DNA of 64,000 nucleotides, from positions 29,698,001-29,762,000 of the forward strand of contig CM069155.1 in the NCBI GenBank assembly GCA_035221665.1. The letters are read 5' to 3'. The DNA is from Okamejei kenojei. Its lineage: Eukaryota. The translations under genes were made by a program, and so were the position numbers. The notes below the pieces were generated by a model. It had not been told where the DNA came from. It saw nothing but the letters and a program-made list of their open reading frames with translations, and searched no databases. Within the stretch, counting starts at the first letter, position 1, and every line of letters begins with the position of its first letter. Shown here piece by piece: positions 36,307 to 50,429 of the stretch.

Positions 36307-38167
36307 GTGTTTGAGTAAAAGAAGCTCACTAATACAAGATATAAGTACGCTGTTCGCTTCATCTGTAAACATGAGCAAGCTATGAGGGCTGATCCCATGG
36401 CTAAGAATCTACTAAGTATCAATGATACTGATTTTTGGAAGGACGTGAGAGCTCTTAACAGTTGCAAAACATCTGTACCATGCACCGTAGATGGAATCTC
36501 CGGATCAGCTAATTTCGCAGAATTATGGCAACATTACAGAACGTTATGACAATATTACAGTACTTTATTCAACTGTGTCTAAGATGATTTGTATAGGGTG
36601 GACAATATTGAGAGTAATGACTAAGTGGTGATTATGTTACATGAGGTTATTATGTCATAAACAAGCTGTCCAACAACAAAGCAAGTGGCTTGGATCATAT
36701 TTCTGCTGAACATCTTAAGTATGCTAGTATAAGGATAGCTCCTCTACTTGCTATTTACTTTACTGGCTTTATGATTCATTGTTACCAGCCTCAATGTTGT
36801 CTGTTCTGCTAGTGCTGGTCATTAAGGACAAAGCTGGTAAAGTAGGTAGCCTAACTAATTACAGGTCCATAGCTTTAGCCAGCATATTGTCAAACGTCTT
36901 AGATATAATTCTGCTGGATAGAGTAAATGAGTTTGTTAACTACACAGATAACCAGTTTTGCTTTAAAGCTAAACATGGCACTGACTTGTTCATATATGAC
37001 CTAAAGGAGATTGTAAACAAATATAGAGGCAAAAACTCTTCAATTATTATGTGCTTTATTGATGCTGTTTGTTAACTGCATAGAAAGCTGTTTGCTAAAA
37101 CGAGTCAAAGAGGGGTGCCTAAGTAGATTGTGAGAATTCTGGTTTACTGTTATGCACACCAGATTATGCAAATAAAATGGGGCAATAAGGTCTCACACCC
37201 ATTTGGGGTTGTCAATGGTATTACACAAGGGGGGATTTTGTCCCCAGTCCTTTTAATCTTTATATTGATGATCTCTCCAAGCAAGTAAAAGCCTTTAATA
37301 CTGGGTGCATGATTGGGAATATTTTAATGAACCATATTATATATGCAGATGACCTTGTTGTCTTTAGTTCATCTAGCGTTGGTCTCCAGCAGCTCCTTAC
37401 CATATGATCTGTGTATCATGTGGAACATGATATTAAATATAATGCTTGTAAGAGTGCTGTTATGATCTATAGAACCAAGGAGTATAAATGTCTAAGATTT
37501 CTTGATGTCTGTAATAAGGTAAAATATCTTGGGCATTTTATTACAGAACAAATGGCAGATGATGAGCATATGTATAGGCAACGACTATGCTGTAGGTAAA
37601 GGCGAATATTCTCATGCGTAAGTTTGGAGCGTGTGCAGATGTGGTGAAGATGCCCCTACTTAGAGCATATTGCACACCACTCTATACTGCACACCTGTGG
37701 TCGAACTACGGAAAGAGAAGTTAGCAGAGACTGAAGGTGGCCCATGATAATGCCATGAGAACATTGCTAAGGAAACCTAGATGGTGTAGTGCGAGTACCA
37801 TTTTTGAGGCTGCAGGAGTCAGTACTTTAGAAGCTATCCCAAGAAATCATATGTATAAATTCATTGGAAGGATAGATGACTCTACTAATGTAATTATCCT
37901 GGCTTTGTCAAACATAAGGTTTCGCACTACACGCTACGGATCAAAGTTGTGCAGACACTGGTATCGCTGTCTCGTTGTAGGACATTGATCTTTTTATTCT
38001 GGATTTAAAATCATGTGTTATGTTTTTTTAATACGTAATTTGTGATGCATTTATAAGTGATATACTAAGATTTTACATGTTTTTTATTGTGTTTTTATAT
38101 GCAATGCTTTTTTATGTAATGTTGTCCCTTGTCTGGACCTTGAGTCCGAAATAAAGTTTATTATTAT
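36307..38167 (+). mobile_element. 5'-truncated non-LTR retrotransposon, tentatively RTE-X-like, decayed
   Basis: NYRSIALASILS, DNQFCFKAKHGT, QGGILSP, YADDL, KYLGHFI, LLRKPRWCSAS; AATAAA plus (TAT)n tail; CATAT TSD 36302-06/38168-72; empty site at ~22290. Confidence 0.8.
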
Positions 38168-40214
38168 CATATCATTTGTGCTGACATGCAAAACGACTTC
38201 TGTCTGTCCACCCACCACTTTGAAAATGTTCTGCAGCCTTTCCAGGACATCCTAGATCATTGCACCAGACCGGCAACAGTCCATCCATGAGGCCTATTTC
38301 ATCCTGTCTATCCCCATCACTAATGTGATTTATCACAATCACTCTGTCTGACTTCATACCGCTGCACATCAGAGACATGACCAGTGCCACAGACCTGACA
38401 TTTGCTGCTGACCCTCAACAGTTGCAAAAGAACATAGCAGATTTGCAGGAGAATGCCTACGGGGGATTCCTGAACCCTCTGCCAATTCCCTTTGCTGGTG
38501 ATCACCCATCTATTCTTTGTCCTCGCCACAGGTGTGAGCACCTCACTATGACTCCTAACTATGACTTGCTCACTCTCTGGACCAACACGAGGTCATCCAA
38601 TTGCAACTGCAGTTCATTAATCTTTCAGGATCTGCACCTGGACACACCTCATGCAGATGTAATGTTCAGAGACACTACGTCTACTTCAGTTCCAAAATCC
38701 CACAGGCTGAGCAGACTTGCCTCCAAGCTGTGACACTTGCCCGCAAATAACGATAGAGGTATTTCAGATAACCATCTCAGAAAATAAATTGATTCTGGAC
38801 TATAGTGATTTAATGTGGAAAACAACTGAAGGGATGATCGAATTCTCTGTGGCAAAAAAAAACCCAGAATAATCAATGGTATGTATAAAATAATGTGACT
38901 GTGTATGCCTCCTCAGAGATCAGATCATATGAAATTAAAATATATTGTAAAGAAACCGAAGCTGAGGTTAAGGGCACACACCCTTGCTTGCAACACGACA
39001 GTGGCGGTCTTTAGAAATCAGATCCAGACCCAATTCTGCCTACTCTCTGTTTCATGATAGCTAGCCTTCGATTCACGATAGCATTTGACTTCTTTTTCCT
39101 TCATTTTCATCATTTTCATCATGCATCATTTTCCTTCTTTGGACAATACACGTTAAAGAAATACTACTTCGCCAAAATACCTCTAATATCATTTGTGATC
39201 ACAGGCCTGTGAAAGGAATAGACGTGATAGATAAAATAACATCTAGGAGTGCTTTCTGTGCCAGTGCTAGACCCACTGACAATAAATGAAGCCGGGTAAG
39301 ATGATGAAGCTTCAGTGGGCTGACATTTTGAGGGTCCGAAACCATTGCATTGTATCCTTAAAGTATGCATAGGAACGGGTAAGAAAAGTCCCGAAATTAG
39401 GTTTTTGAAATGCAAGAATGTTGATTTCGATAGCATTGTAAGTAAATTCTGGAATGGTATTCCTAGTGGGTTGGAGCTGTATCTTCGCCAAAAGGACTGC
39501 ACCAAGTCCAGAGTAGGTTGGCCTTAACTATTACAGAGTCCACATCACATCCATATATTAACCGTATAAAGGATCATAGACTTCTGGCCTTTCATCTTTA
39601 CCTGAAATTGCACTGCCACATAATCTCCAGGTTAACCTACGGAAACGGATTGCTTCTCGACCAGACTGCCCTGGTAATGATACCCCTCGCTGAGCCATCA
39701 CAATGTATGCAGTTTTGCTGCAACCGAGCAATTTGGAAGCGCAGTTCGCTTACAGGAAACATTCCACACAGAAGTGAATGTTTGTTAGTCATTAACCCCG
39801 TTATTTTTCAGCTGTGGCCTCTATGCAATGTACATCTTCTCTCCGCAAAACGGTAAAACTATATTTAAATAGCTAATCTTATTTATTTTAGAGAATATCT
39901 AGATAGCTTTAATATTTCATTTCCATTAATTTGTTAATGTGATAAACGTCTACTTCATTGTCAAAGTGATTCAGCAGATCGGGCAGCAACTTTGGAGGAC
40001 ATGGATATGTTCTGGTATTGCTGGGGACCCTTTTCCAGAGTCTAAAGAGGGTTCGCGATCCGAAATGTCCTTAGGAGAATGTCCTACTCCAGCATTGTGC
40101 GTTTTACTCATGATTCCAGCATCTCACAGTCGCATCTCATTGAACGTCACCACCCCGTTCTGTTCAACATTTCATTACAAATGTCAACCTTTTGAGACTG
40201 TCAACCTGCCTGCC

Positions 40215-40220
<6 letters not shown>

Positions 40221-40280
<60 letters not shown>
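40221..40280. repeat. (CT)n microsatellite
   Basis: Read directly from the sequence. Confidence 0.92.
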
Positions 40281-40283
<3 letters not shown>

Positions 40284-41953
40284 GTCCTTACCATAATGTT
40301 CGCGCGTAGAGTTCCACTATGGATCATGCAGAAATAATATTCTGCAAAACTCCAACAAGACGAGTAGAACAGCTCTACTACCCTATCATCTGTTTTTGTT
40401 TCCAAAACCAAAAGTTCCATCGATACGCCAAATTTTATTAAACATTGATAGCAAGGTGAGCATTAGTATGTACTGGTAAACTTCTTGAATCACTGAAGTA
40501 TTCTGGCGATAGGACCCAAATCCTGCTATTAGAAAGGGATTTCCAAGAATTGGGCCCAACAATCGCAAAGCAATGCAATGTATTTCGTACTCAACATCGG
40601 CTGTGACTTGTCTAGCAAGAGAGGTGCTCCTATGCACACCCTTTGCTCTTATCCTGATTAGGCACGGAGGTGTTGTCCGTGTGTCCTAGGCATAATTGTA
40701 ATGCATTTTGCGTATTGCCAAGAGAGTCGTCGCAATATATTGTTACTTGGCAGTGGATGAATATTTAGAGTGAGAAAAGTATCAAAGAGCGGATTACTTT
40801 CTTCTGGCTGTAGTTGATGTACTTGCTATTTGTTTTACCTGCATGGGGAATTGTCCAATGTATCCACTTTATGTAAAGCGTTCATGTGGAGAGATCATAG
40901 GATAACTTAGCAAAGGCAACGCACATTGGTAATAGGCTAGGTACGGGTGTCATGGTTGCGCACTGAAACACATTCTTATATCATCATTTCAAGTAAAATA
41001 TTGTTAATGCCAGTTAAATAGTGCATAATCATGCCACAGCATCACAGGAATGATTCCCCTGTTCCAACAGAGATAGCATTTCCGAAGTACCGAGGAGTAG
41101 AACAATTTCGGAAACAATGTTTGAGACATTGATGCCTTTGCTTGACCTGTTTACATGTCATCGATCTCAGGACTTTTATGAGATGCGAGTATTAACTGTC
41201 CAGGCACATCGGCAGAACAGCCCGGTCTCCTTTGATTAATTACCAGCGATATCGGTAGTCCAAATGGCAACATTTTGAAAATTTAGACTTTTTTGTTGGT
41301 GTATTTTCTTTTTCATAGCCGTAGCACTGATTCACCTGGTGTGACAACCCTACAAGGATAATCCACAAAGCGAAAGGAGCGCTGCCGCGACAACTAGCGC
41401 GATAGGGTAGCGAAATAAATCTGCGTACATTACCTCAAGTATAAGGCAACGCTGGTTGCTTGTAAATATAATTTTATATATCAGATGAAGTTGGACAGAA
41501 TTAATATCATAGCAATGCAAGCACGTGCAGACATCGACATCTTTCATATATAAAACTCGCCAGCAAATCGCTACTCGATTAAACATGTTTCTCAATTGTT
41601 TTTCTCAATTAAGTCAATTGCCCGTGCTCAGCCAGTGTGCTGCTAGCAAGCATGCTTTCCAGAATTACAGCGGTTTTGACAATGCATTGACACCCAAATT
41701 TGCAAATGGGCAAATAATTTTGCAGACATTTGCTTCTTCACATTGCTCTTTAAAAGATTTCCTACACGCCATCTCCACCAGAATATTTACCAGTTTCAAT
41801 TAAAATGTAGGAGCGCAACTAAAAGGGTGAACGTACACGACGCGCACAGTAGTGCGAGACTGCACAGCAAAAGATTCAGAATAAATGAAAAGGAATAATT
41901 CAACACCTCCTTTCAAACGAAAAGAAGTATCTTATGTGTTTGAGTCTATATTA

Positions 41954-42206
41954 AATTGTACCGAGATAGAAATGTACCGAGCTAAATTGTACCGAGATAC
42001 TCGACACCAAATCCTTATTTACCTTGGAAATAATTTGACACAGGAAGAATCTGGCAACTTCTGATTGGCGCAACACGCATTCTGATTTGACTGTTGAGGG
42101 ATAGATAAGGAACTCGTGGTGACGACTTGTCATACGGTTCATAAGCGACCCGGAGAGAAACACTGAGAAGCCACTTCACCTGGCGTTCTCCGCCCAATTA
42201 ATTACA
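41954..42206 (+). promoter_or_regulatory. Putative promoter of cluster 3
   Basis: 3x TGTACCGAG repeat, CTGATTGG 42061-68, AGATAAG, CACCTG. Confidence 0.55.
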
Positions 42207-42255
42207 ATGTCTTGCTGGATCTCTCTAGTCTACGCGTTAGCGTTTTCCGCAGTTT
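42207..42255 (+). CDS. IGL: Ig light chain cluster 3, leader exon
   Basis: MSCWISLVYALAFSAV + t; GTGAGT donor at 42256. Confidence 0.92.
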
Positions 42256-42380
42256 GTGAGTATTTACTTCAACCGACATGATATTTAATCTCGAGTACGA
42301 GTAAACCTTTCTATCCGTGATATTTCTGCTGTTTCTCTGATATTAGTTAATATTCTACTCTTTTCTGTTTTGTTATTCAG

Positions 42381-42725
42381 ATATAAATGCGCAATTTGCA
42401 GTAAATCAGCCGTCTTCAAAATCCACATCTCTGGGACAAAACGTGGAGATAGCCTGTACCCTGTCTGGCGGCAGTTTAGGTACTAGTTATGTTTCCTGGT
42501 ACCAGCAGATTTCAGGAACGGTTCCGCGGTATTTGTTCTACTATTACTCGGGCAGCAGCATTTACAGAGGCTCGGGGGTTTCCGAACGTTTCTCCGGATC
42601 AGTGTCAGGCAACACTGCAACATTGACAATATCGAACGTGCAGTCGGGGGACGCAGCGGATTACTACTGCGCTGTGTGGAAAGATGCTTTAATCTTCGGC
42701 AAAGGAACGAGCCTGGGTATTGGCA
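42381..42725 (+). CDS. IGL: Ig lambda-type cluster 3, germline-joined VJ exon
   Basis: ttcAG acceptor; (Y)INA-QFAVNQP..YYC-AVWKDALI-FGKGTSLGIG; GTAAGT donor at 42726. Confidence 0.95.
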
Positions 42726-44118
42726 GTAAGTAAAATACCTTCTATCTTTGTGTAGACACAAAAAGCTGGAGTAACGCAGCGAGACAGGCAGCATCTCTAA
42801 AGAGATGGAAAGGGTTGGAGGAAGGAACTGCAGATGTTGGTTTAAAACGAAGAGAGACACAACAAGCAGGATAGGCAGCATCTCTGGAGGGAATGAATGG
42901 GTCTGCAGTTCCTTTCTGCATATTCTATCTTTGGGTTAATGATATTGCAGTGAAAAGTAATTGGTTTTCTGTCGCTAATCGATGGTTTAAAAAAAAACGT
43001 TTAACGCTAATATGTTCAGCGTTCGACCAAAGTCGAGTTTCCTTTGGCAAATCATTAGACGTAGCTCTATCAAAGGGCTGATGCCAGGCTGGCTGTTTGT
43101 ATTTTTTTACACTAAATAGCTAAAATAAAAGGTATTTAAAGCAGATATTTTTTAAATTCCCGGCCACGATCGCGTCTTTTTGGGCGAATTAGTCGACAAC
43201 AGCAATGAAAGGAGTAAACGGCTGTCCAGCTGTTTTATTATTCTTAATTACTTTGCGGACGGCGAGCTAACAATTATCAAACCTGGATAAGAATTAGACG
43301 GAACGTAAAGGAACGGGAAATAACTTTAGAGGGACAAGGAATTGCAGATGCTGGTTTACAAAAAAAGACTGGAGTGACTCAGCGGGAGGGCAGCATCTCT
43401 GGTGAACATGGATAGGTAAGTTTCGGTTCGGGTCCCTTTTTCAAATCAGTTTTGTTTCGTGTGACATCTTATAACGCCTTTTATTTTTGTGCCATTAAGC
43501 GAAAGGAATAAGATTCGCTATTCAACTTTAGAAATCTTAGCTGAATTATTACTTCAAAGAGAAGAGATGGGTCGAGAACAACAAACATATACGTTTCAGC
43601 ATTAATGTAAATCATATCAACGATTATTTATAATGCGTGAGAACGGTAAATTTAGCGTTGCTGCAAATCTAGTCTGTTCATCGATGGCTAAAACGGCAAA
43701 ATATTCTTGTCGCTAAAATCCAACCATTAGTAACATTTCGGTATCTGGTCTTAACAAATGAACAGATGGATTAAGGAAAGGCATTCAAACAAAACTAAAG
43801 TTTTAAACGAGTTTAGTGGAACTTTGGCTGCAATGAAACCCCGCAACTGGATGGCGGGTAAAACAATCGTTTTCTTTTTAATTGTAGCTGGAGCCAATGG
43901 AAATAATACACTGCAGATCAAATAAAAACACTGCCGAAATAATATCTTTTACGCCACTGCCACATATTCTGCCCCATTGCCATAAATAGCAGTTATTTTT
44001 TGGTGTTCTCACTTGGAACGAATGAATCCATGCTATACCAATTGTATTTTTAACAAAGATAATATTTTAACCGAACAGTTCTGCTAGCCCTACTAATCTG
44101 TGACTTTATTTGAAATAG

Positions 44119-44441
44119 AATCTCAGCCGCCCGCGGTGTCCGTCCTTGGGCCTTCAGCGCAAGAAATGACGGGAAAGGGAACCGCCACCCTTGTGTGCTT
44201 GGTAAACGGGTTTAATCCGGGTGCTGTGGAAATTGAGTGGACTGTGGACGGCAGTGCGAGAAGTGATGGCGTCGAAACCAGCCCAATCCAACAGGAGGCG
44301 GACAACACGTTCAGTGCGAGCAGTTACCTGACTCTGCCAGCCACAGTCTGGAACTCACACGACCTTTACTCCTGTGTGGTTAAACACGAGTCGCGGGCAA
44401 GCCCGGTGCAGGAAAACATCCTCAGGTCCGGCTGTCTGTAA
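44119..44441 (+). CDS. IGL: Ig lambda-type cluster 3, constant exon
   Basis: CTAAT branch site, tAG acceptor 44117-18; intact C1 domain ending SGCL*. Confidence 0.95.
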
Positions 44442-44736
44442 AACCTCTAGATTCCAACTAATCAAGCTGAAAAATATTTTTGCTCCGTCTTTCATTTGTC
44501 AAAAAAAGATATAAAAGTATTCTCTGTTATCGACTAGCATTTGTGTTAAAAATTGTCCTTTGTCTCGCTGTTTGCAACCGTCATTCCATCGAAGCAACTC
44601 GTTGTGAATTGAAACTCCAATGTTATTCAATCTGTTAAATGCATTCCCAAATATTCATTAAAAGACAGTGGTCTAAAGATTACATTCAGGTTTGTTTTGC
44701 TTACCCACGTTACTAACATTTTCAAATACAACTCTC

Positions 44737-46771
44737 TTTATTTCTTTTAAAATCTTTTTATTGGGGTTTTTTTCTAAAGAAAACAGAAATAAAACTTTTT
44801 TTTTAAATCTGAGGAAAAAAAGGTAATAAACATAACAATGATATTGATACATAGCGATCAGGATTACATTAATAACAGGTATAACCTGATATGAGACCAA
44901 GGTCAAAATACACATTGAGTATTGACCTCCCGGCCCCTATGTAAATATAGATAAATCTTTAAAAGAAAACGTATGAATGTTGACAAAAACATAAAAAGAA
45001 AAAGACAAAAAGAAAAAGAAAAAAGCAAAAAGCAAAAGCCCACTAAACTAAAAAAAAAATATCCACCATATAGAAGTAAAATAGATTTAATAACGGTTAA
45101 AGAGGGAGCAATTTATATTATATGAAAGTGTTCAATAATTTTTCTCCAAGTCTTATCAAATGTAACCAAGGGCTCAACAATGTCACTCATAATTATTTCT
45201 AAATTTAAACACGATGTTGTTTCAGAATACTACTGGAGTGTGGTCGGAGGGTTGGAGTATTTCCATTTAAATAAAATAGATCTTCTGGCGATTAGTGTGG
45301 TAAAAGCAATCAACCGATGGGCGGATCGGGACAGATGAATAGAATCTAACGTTGGTAGCCCACAATTGCAATAATAGGATGTGGTTGTAAATCAATACCC
45401 AAGACTACAGAAATAGTATCAAAAATGTCTTTCCAATATTTTTCCAAATGTGGGCAGGACCAAAACATATGGGTCAGAGATGCCACTTCAGAGTTCCATC
45501 TGTCACAGGTAGGATTCATTTGACCACCAAAGCGAGCTAACTTATCTTTTGACAACTCTGTGAACCACTTGAATTGTATCAAAGCGTGTCTTGCACATAT
45601 TGAAGAGGTATTGACTAATCGAAGAATCCTCGCCCATTTCTCTATAGAAAAAAAAAGTTTGGAGTTCTCCTTCCCAGTCATTCTTAATTTTAGCAAATGT
45701 ATCTATTTGTAATTTCAAAATCATCTCATGAATAGTCGTTATTAATCATTTCTGATGCAGGTTCAGCTGTAAAAATAAAATTCCAACATTTCGGTTTGAT
45801 GTGGTAGCGAAGAAAGGGGGAGAGTAGCCTTCAAAAAGTGTCTAATTTGTAAATATCTAAAAAAGTGTGAATTAGGTAAGTTATATTTATTGGAGAGTTG
45901 TTCGAAAGACATAAAACAACCCTGCAAAAACAAATCACGAAAAGCAACTAAACCCTTCCTCTTCCATAACAAAAAGACTTGATCATTACTAGATGGTTGG
46001 GAAAGAAAATTGGATAAAATAGGTCCCGATAAGATAAAATCATTTAGTCCAAAAAACTTACGAAATTGTAACCATATTCGGAGGGTATGTCTTATTATTG
46101 GGTTATTCGTATATTTATTCAATCTCGTAATCGTGAAAGGTAACGAAGCCCCTAGAATAGAGGCCAATGATAGCCCTTGTAAGGAATCACGTTCGAGGTT
46201 TATCCGTCCTGGACATTGGGTATCTTCTAAATCTTTTGTCCAAAATGTTAAATAACGAACATTGACTGCCCACTAGTAAAATCTAACACCGCCACTTATG
46301 TTTTATTTCTGTAAATGTTTTTTACTTAGTCTGGGATTTTTGTTCTGCCTTCTATGTCAAAGAAATATTTGGCAATAAACATTGGTATCATTTGAAATAA
46401 ATACAGATATTTAGCTAAAATGAACATTTTCATAGCATTGATTCAGCCAATTAGGAATAAGGACATTGGTGACCATTTAGTAAAACAGATGTTTAATATG
46501 GTCAATTAAAGGCATAAAATTGGCTTTAAATAAATCCTTGTGCTTTTTGGTGATCTTAATGCCTAAATAAGGAAAACTTTCGGTAGTCAATCTAAATGGA
46601 AACTGACCATAATTCAAAACAAGATTATTTAATGGAAAAAGCTCACTCTTACTAAGATATAGTTTATAACCAGAAAAACTACTGAATTGATTAAGTAATG
46701 CTACTATTGCCGGAATAGATTTCTCAGGCTTAGAAATAAATAATAACAGATCATCTGCGTAAAGAGATAGT
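44737..46771 (-). mobile_element. 5'-truncated L1-clade LINE in the 3' UTR/flank of cluster 3
   Basis: SLYADDLLLF..FSGYKL..KSE..YLGI and CDR..SLTHMFWSCP..YW; 13-bp TSD AAATACAACTCTC 44724-36/46772-84; absent in clusters 2 and 4. Confidence 0.92.
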
Positions 46772-49700
46772 AAATACAACTCTCGACTAAAATCAATAAT
46801 TCAATCTGAAGAGCAATACATTTGTTGGATTTGTATTTCTGATCAGAGAAAATCAAATGTATTTAATCAACCTTCATTATTTTACCTTATGGAAGAACCA
46901 GTGATAAATGGTGCCGAACGTTATGTTATAAACTGGTGTGATTATAAATTGGTTCACATAGTCGCGCGCGCGCACAGGCACACACACGAACAAAATGGCG
47001 CGCTCATGTAGAAACGCATTCGAGGACAGACATTAATCGTTATATGTGACCTTGCTAATACTATTCACTTAGCAATTCCATGCTATTTCATCTGTGAATG
47101 AAATGGGTGGGGCTGGTGGTGAGTGAGAGTAATATGGTCTTTCTGCCTTTATATAGGGCGCTAGCACACATGGAGTGTCACCTATAGTTTTACTTTCCTC
47201 GCCAAATAGAGGTACTGAAGTTCTTGGTTGGTTCCTGCTGAGCTGATTAGCGGGATAAGTGCACGCTGCGAGGAACGACTGAGAAGCGTAGCCTACCTCT
47301 CATCCACTCCCAACACAGTGGGGGGCAATTTTACAGAGGCCAATTAACCTATGAACCCACAATCTTTGGGATGTGGGAGGCAACCCGCGACATCACGTGC
47401 AGAATGTGTAAACTCCTCACAGACAGCTCCCGAACTCAGGATCGAACCCTGGTCTCTGGCGCTGACGACCAGCTGCGCCACTGTGCCGCCCCACAATATA
47501 CAATATATCAGCCACTGTAATATATAAAACTCTTAGTGGTCTTGGCAGGAAAGGTGGAGACGTTATTTCTCCTGGTTGATGAGTGCAAACTAAAGTTTGC
47601 AGTATCCACAACGCGCAGAGCATTTACAGCATAGCACACGAACAAGCCTTTCGGCACTCCATGTCTTTGCCGACGTGATGCCAAAACCAAATCTTATCTG
47701 CGTGCACAGGATCCGTATCCAGAATCCTGAATTTTATCCTGAATGCCCTACCCAATGAAGGAAAACATACATATGCCTTCTCACCACTCTATATAGTAGT
47801 GTTGCCACTGAGGGAGCCATAGTATCCCAAAAATCCTCTGTACATCAATACTGTTGCTATTAATCGAAAGTAGACACAAAATGCTGGAGTAACAGCGGGT
47901 CAGGCAGCATCTCGTATATTTCCCATTACAATCCACGCCACCCCCAGCACTTCAATGCTCTGGTTAATCTGCATCTATCATTTCATCTCTCATTTTTATA
48001 CCTGGTCTCTATCCTGCTGTATACTTTGACAGCCTTCCTCACTGTCCGCAACCCAAACAGTGTAGCTGTCATTTGTAAACTTATTAATTGCTAGAGAAGG
48101 TGCAGAGATCTTTCTCATGGCTACTGCAAACTCGTCTTTTGTGTTTCTCAATAATCTGTCCATTCATGCACAATGCCCCTCAAGACACGCAACACCCACT
48201 TTTTAATCACACAGTGCCCTTGCATATGAATATTCGCCACATTGATCTCACTCTCCTCCTTGTCCTTCTCCTTGGTGAAAAGGCATACAACGAACTCATT
48301 TAATACCTCGCCTATATCCCTTGACTCAAAGCACAAATTACTCCCTTTATTCTCGAGTTACCATCTTTCTGGTTACCCTCTTGCATTTAAATTAGGTATA
48401 AAAAGCCTTGCGATCTTCTTTAATCTAGCTCGACAAACCCGTTTCATGCCCCCATTTTGGCCCTTCTAATCGACCGCTTAAGTGATTTCTAACTCGATTT
48501 TATATTTCTGCCCGATTTCATCTTCAGATAATGGGTTGGGTAATCAGGACTGAAAAGAAAAGTATTTTTGGCTGGACGCGATTATAAAGTTTTGGATACT
48601 TTACTCCATATGCTGGCCGATACTCAAACAGATTGATATCGAAAGAACTTTAAGCGATTCAAGGGAGTTGGGAAGAGGGCGTGACACTGGAGTTTGTTTA
48701 AACGTTCAACCAGTGACTCCCAGTGAGGCCTTGAACAACTTACTTATTCCGTCTTCTTATATTCCAGGTTTGAATTTGCAAAACGGAGACACGTGACAAT
48801 AACAATAAACTACAAACAAACAAACTCAAAAATGAATTTTGTGACCATGACCGTGACTCGGAACTAATAGATCTCAATGGAGTTTGCCTCTCGTCAAGGC
48901 CCCTCCTATAATGTTCAACTGCCCCTCCTATGGAAGGCCTTCGCTTGATTCCTTTTGAAAATCTCCAATATTATCAATAATATCGCAGCAATTAACTCCC
49001 TTTCTAATATCTCATTATTTTGTGAGCTCTGAAAGTAAAACTGAGCCCTTCTATTCCGTAGTTAGGTGCTGCCCTTGACACCAAACCCCCAATACGCAAA
49101 TACCTGCGCACATGTGCATAAATTATATTGACCTGGCTCAGCATTGTTTCACACCTATCTATTAATGAATTATGAACAAAATCTTTTTTTCTCTTTAGCA
49201 GGCGAAGACCAGTTGGTGCACCTCTGTATCTCTATACCGCAGACTGTTTTCGCCTCATCTTGTCATCAAATAGAAAATACAGCCTGCAATGTCAAGTCCT
49301 TCTGAACAGCAGCAAGTGCTCCAGTTATCTACATTGCTACCACTGCGACTTATGCACAAACAATGCTCTCCTTCCGCCTCCATCATACGTCCGATAAAGA
49401 CTCATTCGTGTTTTTAGTGTTTAGAGGCACCGGTCATAAATGTCCTCGCTATCTGCCGGGGTGGAAGATTGCAACCTTCACGTGGTCCGCCCTGTTTCGA
49501 CTAATGCAATCAACTCGACGTGCACAAATGGAATATCAAATAGAACAAGTTGTCCAACAACTTTAGGCTGTGCATGCCACACGAAAGAAAAATAAGAAGC
49601 TAACTGCCTATAATTGCATACAAACAATTCTCATTTCTCTCATTCTCCCGAGTCTCACTGTTAAGTCAGCGCTTCGGCAACTCAAGGTAGATAAGGTGTA

Positions 49701-50429
49701 CAAATTGAAGACAAAGATAACCACCTCTGCTGGAATCACGAGCTGCTGGAGTACTCGGCGGGTCAGGTAGCAATTGTGAAATAAATGGATTGGTGGCGTT
49801 TAGGTCAGATGCTGCGTGACCCGTCGATCACTTTGTGTTTTACTTAAGCATAAATAATTGCCCAATACACTAAATTGCACTAACTACAGTAAATATTTGC
49901 CCATTCCACATTCTTCATATTGTAAAGAAAACATTCACACAGTTTTTCAAGACCATTTGCCAAATTGCAACATTTTCTTCAGTGACTCCGAAATCTTATT
50001 TGACCTGCAAAGTCCCATGGATTTGTCGGACCAAACCTTTTCATCCAAAGTGGTCGGGATCTCCCTGTATAACAGAACAACGCCAATTTAAGCTTGCTAG
50101 AGGCAGGAAACATGTTGCCGATGTTGGGGGAGTCCAGAACCAGGGGCCGCAGTTTAAGAACAAGGGGTAAGCTACTTAGAACGGAGATGAGGAAACACTT
50201 TTCCACACAGAGAGTTGTTAGTCTGTTGAATTCTCTGCCTCAGAGGGCGGTGGAGGTCGGTTATCTGGAAACGTTCAAGGGATTGCTAGACAGGGCTCTT
50301 GGAGATAGCGGAGTCAGGGGATATGGGGAGAACGCAGAACGGAGTACTGATTGTGGATGATCAGCCATCATCTACAATCGTTGGCCTACTCCTGCACCTA
50401 TTGTCTATTGTCTAGTGTCTATTACACAC

